Origin: Alkalispirochaeta sp.
GTDB taxonomy: Bacteria; Spirochaetota; Spirochaetia; DSM-27196; Alkalispirochaetaceae
Length of the DNA: 64,000 nucleotides
Reading direction: 5' to 3'
NCBI GenBank assembly: GCA_965242725.1
Contig: CBDESZ010000001.1
Location: forward strand, 1 to 64,000
Shown here: positions 30,627 to 39,598 of the stretch, piece by piece
Layout: each line of letters begins with the position of its first letter
Numbering within the stretch: the stretch's first letter is position 1
Translations under genes and position numbers: made by a program
Notes under the pieces: model-generated
Told to the model about the DNA's origin: nothing
Database searches by the model: none
Seen by the model: the letters and a program-made list of their open reading frames with translations, nothing else

Positions 30627-31895
30627 TCACAAATCAAGAAAGAGCCGGGAGGCGGCATGTACGAGGCGATCCGCCGATTCAAGGGAGAGGGGAGCGGGAA
30701 AGTGATAGAACCGATACGCCTCGTCGACCTCGTATCCGCCGAGATAGAAGGCCTCGGCGGTGGGGATATACCCCACCGTAGCCCCGGTATGTCCCGCTAC
30801 GGCGGTCGGCACATACGGCGATATGCGTTGGATCGCTGCGGCAATCTCCGCAAAGGGCTCACCGGGGAGGAAAACCATGGCAAGTTGGTTCTGAATTGTG
30901 ATAAGGGAAATGGCATTCACAGGTGGTTCCGCCGAGACGGGCGCTTCTCCGGCCCTCTCCCGGTACGGAGTATCCCGGAAAAAGGAAAACCGGACGGGCC
31001 GACGTCGAAAGGTCATTGAGAGGGGAGCAGCCCAGGTAGTGACCTCATCACCGTGAGCGGCCGGCGGGGGATCCCCCGCCGGCTGACCGACGATATCACA
31101 GGCGATTCGGTGCAAATCCGCGGCGGTCCCGCCCGCAAAGGCACCTTCATCGTCGGTAATTCGGGGGCGGACGTCGCCCGACGCCCCCTGGAACACCAGG
31201 GCCGCCTCGTCACCGCGTTCCTCGAGGATAGAGGCCACGCAGCCGGAGACATCTCCCGAGAGAACCGCCATCGACGGAGCCAGGACGGTGGGGTGCATCG
31301 GAAGGAAGGTGAACGATCCTATCGGACCGGCGCTTCCGAGAAAGCGGAAAGTGACGACTCCCGGGTCAACAGCTCCGAGAGGATTCGGCTTCATGACCAC
31401 GCCGCCGGGTTCAACGAGCCGGCGATTCACGGCGTGGCGGTTAGGAGCGACGCGGGTTTGTACAGCAACAACCTCTTTTACCGCAAGGAACGCCTGTCGG
31501 GCAGCTCCAGCCGCGGCGGCAATGACGTCATGCCGAGCTTCCCCGACTGCTTCAACCTCTCCGAGAGTGAACACGGGCGGGCCGGTGTGAGTATGCGTTG
31601 CCGCAGCGACCACCGACACCGTATCGCCACTCCCCGACGGGATCATTGAGTGCACCGCATCCCCAACGGCGCGCCTCATCCGCATATCCAGATCATGATC
31701 AAGGGCAATGACGTCGGCAAGGAGAAAAAAATACCACCCCTTCGATCGGGAACTGCCCTGAACGTCGGCAAACACGGCCGCCCGTACCCACAGGGTATCC
31801 AGATATTCCGCTGCCGCTTCCGTCCGTGCGCTGTGACCGGGAGAACGGAAACCACGCCAGTCCCGGAGTGCCGCCTTTGCAAACCCCGCCTTCAT
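30627..31895 (-). CDS. Neutral/alkaline ceramidase-like Zn amidohydrolase
   Basis: ATHTHTGP, NRR, HPTVL, SGD, QGASGD, PGEPF and YIPT...GGYE motifs. Confidence 0.75.
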   Translation of the reverse strand: MKAGFAKAALRDWRGFRSPGHSARTEAAAEYLDTLWVRAAVFADVQGSSRSKGWYFFLLADVIALDHDLDMRMRRAVGDAVHSMIPSGSGDTVSVVAAATHTHTGPPVFTLGEVEAVGEARHDVIAAAAGAARQAFLAVKEVVAVQTRVAPNRHAVNRRLVEPGGVVMKPNPLGAVDPGVVTFRFLGSAGPIGSFTFLPMHPTVLAPSMAVLSGDVSGCVASILEERGDEAALVFQGASGDVRPRITDDEGAFAGGTAADLHRIACDIVGQPAGDPPPAAHGDEVTTWAAPLSMTFRRRPVRFSFFRDTPYRERAGEAPVSAEPPVNAISLITIQNQLAMVFLPGEPFAEIAAAIQRISPYVPTAVAGHTGATVGYIPTAEAFYLGGYEVDEAYRFYHFPAPLSLESADRLVHAASRLFLDL

Positions 31896-31978
31896 CGTCG
31901 CTCCACCGTGAACACCTCCATCATGTCATCGACCTGGTTGTTCCTTTGCTTGTTCGTCAACGGGAGCAATTGTATACT

Positions 31979-32788
31979 ATGACGGTGACCGCCGTCGAAA
32001 GAAAACGATACATAACGAAAAAAATACAAGAAACCGGAGCCGTCCGCGTTACCGAATTGTCGGAGCAGTTGAACGTGACCGCCGTCACCATTCGATCGGA
32101 TCTGGAAGAACTGGAACGGCGGGGAATCGCAGTTCGCACACACGGTGGAGCGGTCCTTCCGGAGCACGAGACCTTTCCCCGCTATCTCTACAATACGATG
32201 CATGAGAACGCCGACCGAAAACGAGTGATCGGCAAGTGCGCCCTGGATCTCGTCACCGCGGACTCCACGGTGATTATCGACGGCGGAAGCACAACGGCGA
32301 TATTTGCACAGCTCCTCCACGGTTACGCTCTCACGGTGGTGACCAACTCCGTACCCGTTATCGGCGAGCTGGTGGGGGATGAGCACATCGATCTCATCGT
32401 CAGCGGCGGTGCCATCCGAAAGCCCGTCCAGGCGATGGTGGGGGAGTTGGCCCGTCTGGCGTATCAATCAATTCGGGCGGATATCGTCTTTCTCGGAGCA
32501 AGCGGATTTTCCCTCTCCCACGGCGTTACGACGCCGAATCTCCTGGAAGCTGACGGAAAGCGGGCAATGATCGATGCCGCCGCCACGGTGTGCCTTCTTG
32601 CGGATTCGACAAAGCGGGATAAGATAAAATTCGCCCGTATTTGCGGCTGGGAGCGGATAGACTACTTCTTTACCGACGAGGCACCCGATGACTTCGTGGC
32701 GGCCCTCGCCGAACGGGGTGTAACGGTGATCACCCCCGATCGCGGCGCGTCCGGCCCGGGAAGGGAAAAGCCGGCGGCTACACGCTGA
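31979..32788 (+). CDS. DeoR/GlpR-family transcriptional regulator (start ATG 31979 or GTG 31985)
   Basis: HTH VTIRSDLEEL...RTHGGA; IDGGSTT, VVTNS and LADSTK. Confidence 0.92.
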   Translation: MTVTAVERKRYITKKIQETGAVRVTELSEQLNVTAVTIRSDLEELERRGIAVRTHGGAVLPEHETFPRYLYNTMHENADRKRVIGKCALDLVTADSTVIIDGGSTTAIFAQLLHGYALTVVTNSVPVIGELVGDEHIDLIVSGGAIRKPVQAMVGELARLAYQSIRADIVFLGASGFSLSHGVTTPNLLEADGKRAMIDAAATVCLLADSTKRDKIKFARICGWERIDYFFTDEAPDDFVAALAERGVTVITPDRGASGPGREKPAATR

Positions 32789-33230
32789 GGATTACCGTCC
32801 CCACGATGATGAGAAAGCCGCCCACCCAGACGCGACGGGTAATCTCCCGTCGTGCGATGAGGAGAATAACAAGTAAATTCACCCGCCCCACGGCGCTCAC
32901 CACGGCGAGGGGGATTCGGTCCATCGCCTCGTACCGCAACCACGTCCCGGCAACGATCACCAGCGCCGCGGCGACCTCCCACGAAAAGGGACCGATGGTC
33001 GTCACCGTCGGAAGGGTCAGGGCGTCGCGGTCGCGGATCAGGAGAATGAAAAAATAGGTGACCGCTGCTGCGACGAGGCCGACGGCGAGGGCGATCTGCG
33101 CGCTGTGCCCCTCATTCATACCGACGCGGATAAAGAGGGGACTGACGGAAAAGGAAAGAGCGGTGGCCAGTCCGTAAAGGGACCCGCGGATAACGCTCCA
33201 CACCTGTCCCGCCTTTACCTTTATCGCCAC
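32778..33230 (-). CDS. EamA/DMT-family transporter, single-domain subunit B
   Basis: GTG at 33230 overlaps the upstream gene end; about five TM helices. Confidence 0.7.
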   Translation of the reverse strand: MAIKVKAGQVWSVIRGSLYGLATALSFSVSPLFIRVGMNEGHSAQIALAVGLVAAAVTYFFILLIRDRDALTLPTVTTIGPFSWEVAAALVIVAGTWLRYEAMDRIPLAVVSAVGRVNLLVILLIARREITRRVWVGGFLIIVGTVILSV

Positions 33231-33640
33231 GACGCCACCCCGACACCGACGACGACGAGGAGCACCCCGACAATGTCCCTGAGGGTGAGGACCTCTCCCA
33301 GTACAACCCACGCGACCATGGCGGTGAACACCGGCGTGGCACCAACGAGCAGTCCGGTTATCCCCACCCCCACTCGCCGCTGGCTGAGCCCGATGAAGAG
33401 CCATCCCCCGGAAAAATGGATCGCCCCGCTCAGGGCAAAGGCGAGGGTTGCCCGGGCCGTCAGGGAGGTATACCCCTGGACACCGACGGCGATGAGGGTA
33501 AATATGTTGGCTGCAAAGGCCGCAATGACGAGGAGGGTGATCGTTGCGGTACCGATGGGCAATTCTTCCGCCTTTCCGTGAAGGGATTGAAACAATCCGA
33601 GAAAAACACCGGCAAGTAAGGCGATGGCGATGCCGCTCAT
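33221..33640 (-). CDS. EamA/DMT-family transporter, single-domain subunit A
   Basis: 139 aa, about five TMs; ATPVFTAMVAWVVLGE motif. Confidence 0.8.
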   Translation of the reverse strand: MSGIAIALLAGVFLGLFQSLHGKAEELPIGTATITLLVIAAFAANIFTLIAVGVQGYTSLTARATLAFALSGAIHFSGGWLFIGLSQRRVGVGITGLLVGATPVFTAMVAWVVLGEVLTLRDIVGVLLVVVGVGVASWR

Positions 33641-33686
33641 TCAACCATCCTCCCGTCTCCCCAGAGGTCTGTCAACGAAAATCGCA

Positions 33687-33702
33687 TTTTTTGCATGCAA
33701 TT
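33687..33702. promoter_or_regulatory. Candidate LacI operator, copy 1 (TTTTTTGCATGCAATT)
   Basis: Core palindrome TTGCATGCAA; exact inverted copy at 34802-34817. Confidence 0.7.
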
Positions 33703-33735
33703 ATGACAAATAGGCGCTACAATGGGGACACAACT

Positions 33736-34740
33736 ATGGCTAATCCGACGGTGAACGATATCGCCCAGCGTCTGAACATCTCCCCGAGTACCGTATCGCG
33801 GGTGCTCAACGGATCCCCCCTCGTCAAGGATGAAACGAGGGAGCGCATCGAGCGGACCGCGGTGGAGATGGGATACCGGAAGCGGACAATACGACGGCAT
33901 GGTCCGCGGGCGATCCTGGATATCGCCCTCTTCATTCCCCGCTCCCCCGACGTGTACCACCGCCTCTTCTACGATCCGGCGGAGCTGGTCGCGGGCCTCA
34001 CCGAAGGGTTTGGTGAAGTCAGAACAAAAATTTCGGTAAACGTAAACCGTCCCCATCCTGAGCTATTCACCTCAAAAAAATCGGGCAATATCGACGCCTG
34101 TGTCTTCGGATTTACCACCCCTACCGACGACGTAGCCTCCCACCTTCGTGGTAGGGATATTCCGGCGGTTCTTCTGAACAGGGAGTCCCGACGGGACAAC
34201 TTCGTCTCTGCAGACCATTTGACGGGAATGCGGGGGCTGTTGCAACGGGCGCAAAAGGCGGACCGGGAGATCCGCCCCCACTATATCAGTTTTACACCCG
34301 CCCGGCCCGTCGCGCGGAGCCGGGAGCACGCCTTTCTTGAAGCGTGCCGTCTGGAGGGGATTCCCTGCGACGAGGGGGACATCACCAGAATCGACTCAGT
34401 GCATCATATAACACGCTCCTTCGTCGGGGAGGTACGGCAGCGGGCAAACACAATATTCTGTTTCAACGACTTTGTTGCCGTCTATCTGTACCAGATGGCC
34501 CTCGTCGTCGGTCTCTCCGTACCCGATGATATCGCCGTCGCCGGCTATGACGATTCTCCGGTCCGTCAGCTGACGCCGCAGAAGATCGATACCGTCACCC
34601 TCTCCCCCTATGACCTCGGGGCGGAAGCGGGGAAGTGGCTGCGCGCCGTCGTTATCGACCGGAGCACCGACCCGCTCCACCTCCTCCTTCCCGGCAGGGT
34701 TGTAGCCGGGGACACCCTCGTCCCCGCAACGAGACGATAA
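33736..34740 (+). CDS. LacI-family transcriptional regulator
   Basis: TVNDIAQRLNISPSTVSRVLN HTH; FNDFVA and VPDDIAVAGYDD. Confidence 0.92.
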   Translation: MANPTVNDIAQRLNISPSTVSRVLNGSPLVKDETRERIERTAVEMGYRKRTIRRHGPRAILDIALFIPRSPDVYHRLFYDPAELVAGLTEGFGEVRTKISVNVNRPHPELFTSKKSGNIDACVFGFTTPTDDVASHLRGRDIPAVLLNRESRRDNFVSADHLTGMRGLLQRAQKADREIRPHYISFTPARPVARSREHAFLEACRLEGIPCDEGDITRIDSVHHITRSFVGEVRQRANTIFCFNDFVAVYLYQMALVVGLSVPDDIAVAGYDDSPVRQLTPQKIDTVTLSPYDLGAEAGKWLRAVVIDRSTDPLHLLLPGRVVAGDTLVPATRR

Positions 34741-34801
34741 ACTTTTATCCATTTCAGAAAAAAGCTTTGACAGGACGCAAAATCGGCGCGAGAATGTAAG
34801 A

Positions 34802-34817
34802 AATTGCATGCAAAAAA
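34802..34817. promoter_or_regulatory. Candidate LacI operator, copy 2 (AATTGCATGCAAAAAA) in the tctC promoter
   Basis: Exact reverse complement of 33687-33702, downstream of a TTGACA. Confidence 0.7.
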
Positions 34818-34843
34818 GCATGCGCGTTCACAAGGAGGCTCCC

Positions 34844-35818
34844 ATGAAACGAATTGCGGTCCTGTTGGTTTTTCTGCTGATCGCCGGTCACATCTTTGCC
34901 AGCGGTGTGGAAGAAAGCGAGACGCAGTACCCCGAGCGCACGGTACGGGTCATCATTCCCTGGTCCGTCGGCGGTATGACGGACGTTCTTACCCGTCCCA
35001 TTGCCAACCATATGGAAGAGAGTTTCGGCGTACCCTTTGTCGTTGAAAACAAGCCGGGCGGCGGCGGCGTTGTCGGCTCACTTGAAATTGAAAACGCCCG
35101 TCCCGACGGTTACACGATCGGTACCACGTCCATGTCCACCGTCTCCGCAAAATATGTGGCGCCGGTCGCTCCCGACATTGACAACACCGAGCTCATCGCC
35201 CAGGCGATTTCGATTCCCGCGACGGTCACCGTCAACTCCGACAGCCCCTTCCAGACGCTGGAAGAGCTCATTGAATACGCCAAGGCAAACCCCGGTGAAC
35301 TGAGCAACTCCAACTCGGGGAACGGCGCAAGTGCCCACATTTACGCCCTCACCTTCGGCGCCCGGGCAGGAATAGAGATGAATCACATCCCCTATCCCGC
35401 ATACGCGGAAGCGGTTACGGCGCTTCTCGCCGGCAACGTCGATATGACCAACATTCCCCTTCCCGACGTGGCTCCCTACGTCGACAGCGGTGAACTGCGC
35501 ATGCTCGCCATCGCCTCGGCGGAACGGCATCCCAGCTACCCCGACGTCCCCACCCTTCGGGAACTCGGCGTCGACGCCGTCATGGGTAACTATTCTGGAT
35601 TCCTCGCTCCCAAGGGCACACCCCAGGAGTACCTGGATATTCTGGAAGACGCGATCGAGGCAGCGGTCAACGATCCTGAAATCAACAAGTTCCTCATCGA
35701 TGCCGGATTCCAGCCCGTTTTTGCGGGGCAGGAAGAGTTTGCCCAGATCGTGGACGACGCGGAAGCACAGCTTGAATACCTGGTAAACGAGCTTGGCATC
35801 GAGTTTGTCGACGATTAA
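34844..35818 (+). CDS. tctC: Tripartite tricarboxylate transporter binding protein (TctC/Bug)
   Basis: YPER...PWSVGGMTD, VENKPGGGG, PDGYT and VPTLRELG motifs. Confidence 0.92.
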   Translation: MKRIAVLLVFLLIAGHIFASGVEESETQYPERTVRVIIPWSVGGMTDVLTRPIANHMEESFGVPFVVENKPGGGGVVGSLEIENARPDGYTIGTTSMSTVSAKYVAPVAPDIDNTELIAQAISIPATVTVNSDSPFQTLEELIEYAKANPGELSNSNSGNGASAHIYALTFGARAGIEMNHIPYPAYAEAVTALLAGNVDMTNIPLPDVAPYVDSGELRMLAIASAERHPSYPDVPTLRELGVDAVMGNYSGFLAPKGTPQEYLDILEDAIEAAVNDPEINKFLIDAGFQPVFAGQEEFAQIVDDAEAQLEYLVNELGIEFVDD

Positions 35819-35846
35819 CGGTCATTCCTGAAGATATCAAACGAAC

Positions 35847-35890
35847 GGCCCCGGCGGGTGGTCTCCATAGTGGGTACCATAGCCGGGGCC
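35847..35890 (+). other. Inverted repeat (GGCCCCGGC/GCCGGGGCC) after tctC; probable mRNA-stabilising or attenuating hairpin
   Basis: 9-bp arms seen in the sequence. Confidence 0.5.
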
Positions 35891-35974
35891 ATTGTATAAT
35901 ATGACTGCTGAGAAGAAACGAAAATCTGAAATACAATGCACGGTGCAGGCAAAGCGCACCAAGGGGGGAATGGG

Positions 35975-36556
35975 ATGACAACGTATAGACGGGATATCAT
36001 ATCCAGCGTCTTCTTCGGTACCGGTGCGATCATCCTCTACGCATACGTCGCCCAATATCCCGTCAGGGAGGGGCAACCCGCGGCAGTCAGCGCCGGATTC
36101 TACCCGAAAATTCTGGCCTTCGCACTGGGGATACTCGCAGTCGTCCAGCTGGTCACCACGGTGGTCAAGGAACGGCGCGCCCGCGCCGCCGTCCACGCTG
36201 CAGCTTCAGAAACGGCCGCCCGGGGAGAATCCGTTGCCGAGAGCGACGCCGGGACCGCCGCCCAAACCGCCCCGGCGGAAGTAAAACTGTGGAAGGACGC
36301 TACCGCCTTCAAACTGCTGATGCTCACCTTCGTCTCCCTCGTGGTCTATCCCTTTCTCATGGAACTGGTCGGATTCTTCATCTCGGGGATCGCCTTCCTG
36401 GGCACCCTCATTTTCGCCCTCTCACGGGATCAGCGACGGGGAACACAGCGGTGGATCATCATCGCCATAACACTCGGCATCGGCATTCTCACATACATCG
36501 TCTTTCGACACTTTCTCAACATCCCCTTTCCCAGGGGCATCTTTTTTCAAAGGTAG
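35975..36556 (+). CDS. tctB: Tripartite tricarboxylate transporter TctB
   Basis: FYPKIL, four TMs, VFRHFLNIPFPRG. Confidence 0.88.
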   Translation: MTTYRRDIISSVFFGTGAIILYAYVAQYPVREGQPAAVSAGFYPKILAFALGILAVVQLVTTVVKERRARAAVHAAASETAARGESVAESDAGTAAQTAPAEVKLWKDATAFKLLMLTFVSLVVYPFLMELVGFFISGIAFLGTLIFALSRDQRRGTQRWIIIAITLGIGILTYIVFRHFLNIPFPRGIFFQR

Positions 36557-36566
36557 GTGACGGCAT

Positions 36567-38069
36567 ATGGAATTCTCTTTCGACCTCTACCTTGCGGGAC
36601 TGAGTTACTTTGCAAACCCCATGATGTTTGTCTACTCCCTTTTCGGAGTATTTGTGGGTATCGTCTTCGGCGCCTTGCCCGGACTCACGGCGACGATGAC
36701 CATCGCCGTATTCATTCCCTTCACCTTCGGCGTACCGGCGGTACAGTCCTTTGCCTTTCTCCTGGGACTCTATTCCGGCGCGGTCTACGGCGGCTCCGTA
36801 TCGGCAATACTTATCAACATACCGGGAACACCAAGCGCAATCGCCACCGGCTTCGACGGCTATCCCATGTGCCAACAGGGGCGCGCCGGTGAGGCGATCG
36901 GTATTTCCACAATCGCCTCGGGACTTGGCGGCCTCTTGAGTGTCTTCGTCCTCGCCTTTGCGGCGCCCCTCATCGCGGGTATCGCCCTTAAATTCAACGC
37001 CGAGGAGTACGTCGGCATCACCCTCATCGGGTTGAGCATCATCGCCATCATCTCTCCGGGATCGACGGTCAAGGGACTCATGGCGGGAGCGCTGGGGCTC
37101 ATAGTCGGCATCGTCGGCCTCGACCCCATGGGAAGCTACCCCCGGTTTGTCTTCAACACGCCGGAGCTCTTTGACGGCGTAAGCGAAATCCCCGTCATGA
37201 TCGGTATGTACGGCCTGTCGGAAATGTTCGTCCAGATCTCCGACGAGCAGCACATAAAGATCGTCACCCAGAAGATCCGCAACGTCCTGCCCTCACTGAA
37301 GCAGGTGGGCAGCCTCATACCAACCATCTTCCGCTCTTCCGTCGTGGGCGTCGCCATCGGTGCCGTTCCCGCCGCGGGCGGATCCATCGCCTCTCTCGTT
37401 GCATACGGGCAGGAAAAGCGGCTTTCCCGGAAGAGCCACCTCCTCGGAACGGGCATACCCGAGGGAATCGCCGCGCCGGAGGCGGCAAACAACGCCAGCA
37501 CCGGCGGCGCCCTCATCCCCATGATGACCCTGGGCATCCCCGGCGACCCGATGACGGCGGTTCTCATGGGAGGACTCATCATACAGGGCCTCCGTCCCGG
37601 CCCGCTCCTCTTTCAGGAGCAGATGCCCTTCGTCTCCTCCATATTTATCAGCCTCCTCCTCTCGGTGGCCTTCATGACGATCCTGGGACTCCTCGGCGCG
37701 CAGTACTTCTCCCGTCTCATCAGCACACCCAAGCGCTTCCTCATGCCGGCGATCATGCTCTTCTGCCTTATCGGCTCCTACTCGATCAACAACTCAATGT
37801 TTGACATCGGCGTGCTCATCGTGAGCGGTGTCGTGGGATTCGCGCTGCGGAAGTTCGGCTTTCCCGTCGCACCGGTCATTCTCGGCCTCATCCTGGGTCC
37901 GATGTTCGAGAGCAACCTGCGCCGCTCCCTCATGCTCTCCCGGGGCAACTGGTCCACCTTCGTCACCCGGCCGATCAGCCTCTCCTTCATCGTGATCGCC
38001 CTGCTCATCCTCGTCGGACCGTCCCTCTTCCACCTCTTCCGACGCAGAAAAGAAGAGCAGACCCCATGA
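36567..38069 (+). CDS. tctA: Tripartite tricarboxylate transporter TctA
   Basis: GALPGL, INIPGTP, APEAANNA and TLGIPGD motifs. Confidence 0.95.
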   Translation: MEFSFDLYLAGLSYFANPMMFVYSLFGVFVGIVFGALPGLTATMTIAVFIPFTFGVPAVQSFAFLLGLYSGAVYGGSVSAILINIPGTPSAIATGFDGYPMCQQGRAGEAIGISTIASGLGGLLSVFVLAFAAPLIAGIALKFNAEEYVGITLIGLSIIAIISPGSTVKGLMAGALGLIVGIVGLDPMGSYPRFVFNTPELFDGVSEIPVMIGMYGLSEMFVQISDEQHIKIVTQKIRNVLPSLKQVGSLIPTIFRSSVVGVAIGAVPAAGGSIASLVAYGQEKRLSRKSHLLGTGIPEGIAAPEAANNASTGGALIPMMTLGIPGDPMTAVLMGGLIIQGLRPGPLLFQEQMPFVSSIFISLLLSVAFMTILGLLGAQYFSRLISTPKRFLMPAIMLFCLIGSYSINNSMFDIGVLIVSGVVGFALRKFGFPVAPVILGLILGPMFESNLRRSLMLSRGNWSTFVTRPISLSFIVIALLILVGPSLFHLFRRRKEEQTP

Positions 38070-38074
38070 TCATT

Positions 38075-38130
38075 CCGGGCGGACAGGTCATTCGTTTTTT
38101 ATATCGAACTTCGTTCCGCCCGGTTTTCTT
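38075..38130 (+). terminator. Probable terminator after tctA
   Basis: CCGGGCGGA (38075-83) and TCCGCCCGG (38115-23) followed by TTTTCTT; long loop. Confidence 0.5.
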
Positions 38131-38301
38131 CTCCTCCATCGGCGCGTCCCGACGCGATAGGCGGGCCTGGGCTGTGGGGTCGAGCTTGGGCTTGGGCTCG
38201 GGCTCGGGCCTGCAGGCAGTATACAGATGCGTGTTACGCCGCTATTGGACGGTGGCTGCGAATAGAAGCGTGTTGCGCCGCCTCGGGCATGACGTGCGGC
38301 T

Positions 38302-38853
38302 TCACCGCGTCCTGCCGTACTCCTCCCTGCTCACAACCGCGTCCCACTCCTTCCGCTTTGCCGGCTTCCGTTCATCACCGGGATACCCGAGGGTAATGAG
38401 GAGGGCCACCCTCCGTCCCCGGGGAACGCCGAGGAGGCGCCGTACCTCCCCCTCATCAAACCACCCGACCATGCACGTCCCCAGCCCCCGTTCCGCCGCG
38501 GCGAGACAGAAGTGCTCGGCGGCGATGCCCACATCCATGAGATAAAAAGGTTTCTTCTTCACAAAACCGCCGATCCGGGACGAGATGTTCGGGCGTTCCG
38601 TCACGACGGCAACGATGACCGGCGCATCATCGACAAAGCGGTTCATTCCGCTTCCGGGGAGACGGCTGAGTTGCGCCAGGCGGGACCGCCGTTCCGGCTC
38701 CTCCACGACGACAAAGTGCCACGGCTGGGCGTTGCACGCCGAAGGCGCACGCCGCGCCGCCTCCAGACAGGCAACAATCTCCGTCTCGGCGACACCGTCG
38801 GGACGATACCGGCGAACGCTGCGTCTCGTTTGTACCAATTCATCAAAATTCAT
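38302..38853 (-). CDS. Nitroreductase family protein
   Basis: RRSVRRY, APSACNAQPW and GLGTCMVG motifs. Confidence 0.92.
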   Translation of the reverse strand: MNFDELVQTRRSVRRYRPDGVAETEIVACLEAARRAPSACNAQPWHFVVVEEPERRSRLAQLSRLPGSGMNRFVDDAPVIVAVVTERPNISSRIGGFVKKKPFYLMDVGIAAEHFCLAAAERGLGTCMVGWFDEGEVRRLLGVPRGRRVALLITLGYPGDERKPAKRKEWDAVVSREEYGRTR

Positions 38854-38890
38854 AGTGGGAGGAGTATAGCCGTCCGTGTACACTATGGCC

Positions 38891-39547
38891 ATGAAGGAAC
38901 TTCTGGACCGGATTGCCGCGGAGGCACGCACCGGCGGCATGAACATCGATGTTGAGACCTACACATCAGCGGGGCGCGACCCCGACCTGCCGGTACTGCT
39001 TGGATCGGGAAGCCTCACATCCCGGATCGGCTTCTTCGGCCGTGACCCTGGACGCCGGGAGGTTGAGCTGGGCGAGCCCTTCATCGGAAAGGGCGGCCAA
39101 CTCGTACGGTCCGCCCTCTATCGTGCCGCCGGCGGGTCCGGCCCTCTCACGGAAGAAGAGGCGATCACCATCGGACAAAAGGTCTTCTGGGGCAACACCG
39201 TCCCCTATAAGCCGGTGGGCAACAAAGCGTGGTCCACATCGGTCAAGCGGCGGTTCCTCCCCTATATCCGGGAGCTCCTGGTGGTTCACTGGCGGGGCTC
39301 GGAGCTCATCACCCTGGGAAACCAGGCATTTGAGTGGTTCGGCCTCGCCGACGGAACGCTCCGTCCCCGTCTCAGGGAGTACTGGAAGCGGGACGATCGG
39401 TACGAGAGTTCCCTTGAAATAACGCTGGACGGCAAGACGATCCGCCTCTTTCCGCTGCCCCACCCGTCGCCGCTGAACGCCACGTGGCATGCACTCTTTC
39501 CGTCTCTTCTGGACGCCCGGCTGCGGGAGCTGGATTGGCCGTCGTGA
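38891..39547 (+). CDS. Uracil-DNA glycosylase superfamily protein
   Basis: GRDPG..E...GEPFIG.GG, NTVPYKP and LPHPSPLN motifs. Confidence 0.85.
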   Translation: MKELLDRIAAEARTGGMNIDVETYTSAGRDPDLPVLLGSGSLTSRIGFFGRDPGRREVELGEPFIGKGGQLVRSALYRAAGGSGPLTEEEAITIGQKVFWGNTVPYKPVGNKAWSTSVKRRFLPYIRELLVVHWRGSELITLGNQAFEWFGLADGTLRPRLREYWKRDDRYESSLEITLDGKTIRLFPLPHPSPLNATWHALFPSLLDARLRELDWPS

Positions 39548-39568
39548 CGGCAGGCGGACGGGGTATGA

Positions 39569-39598
39569 CACCCCTGTAATACGTCACCCCTGTAATAC
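39569..39598. repeat. 14-bp direct repeat CACCCCTGTAATAC x2 at the 3' end of the SorC gene
   Basis: Copies at 39569-39582 and 39585-39598. Confidence 0.85.

Noticed and set aside
32778..33644. Single 288-aa ORF
   Set aside because: Its N-terminal half is an off-frame read of the 139-aa DMT gene; only the part from GTG 33230 looks like protein.
38066..38545. 159-aa ORF overlapping the tctA stop
   Set aside because: It crosses a terminator-like hairpin, runs antisense into the nitroreductase and has no protein-like features.
38302..39547. UDG-like, rmuC or recQ genes as an anti-phage defence system
   Set aside because: They are dispersed, have ordinary architecture and have no defence-type partner genes.
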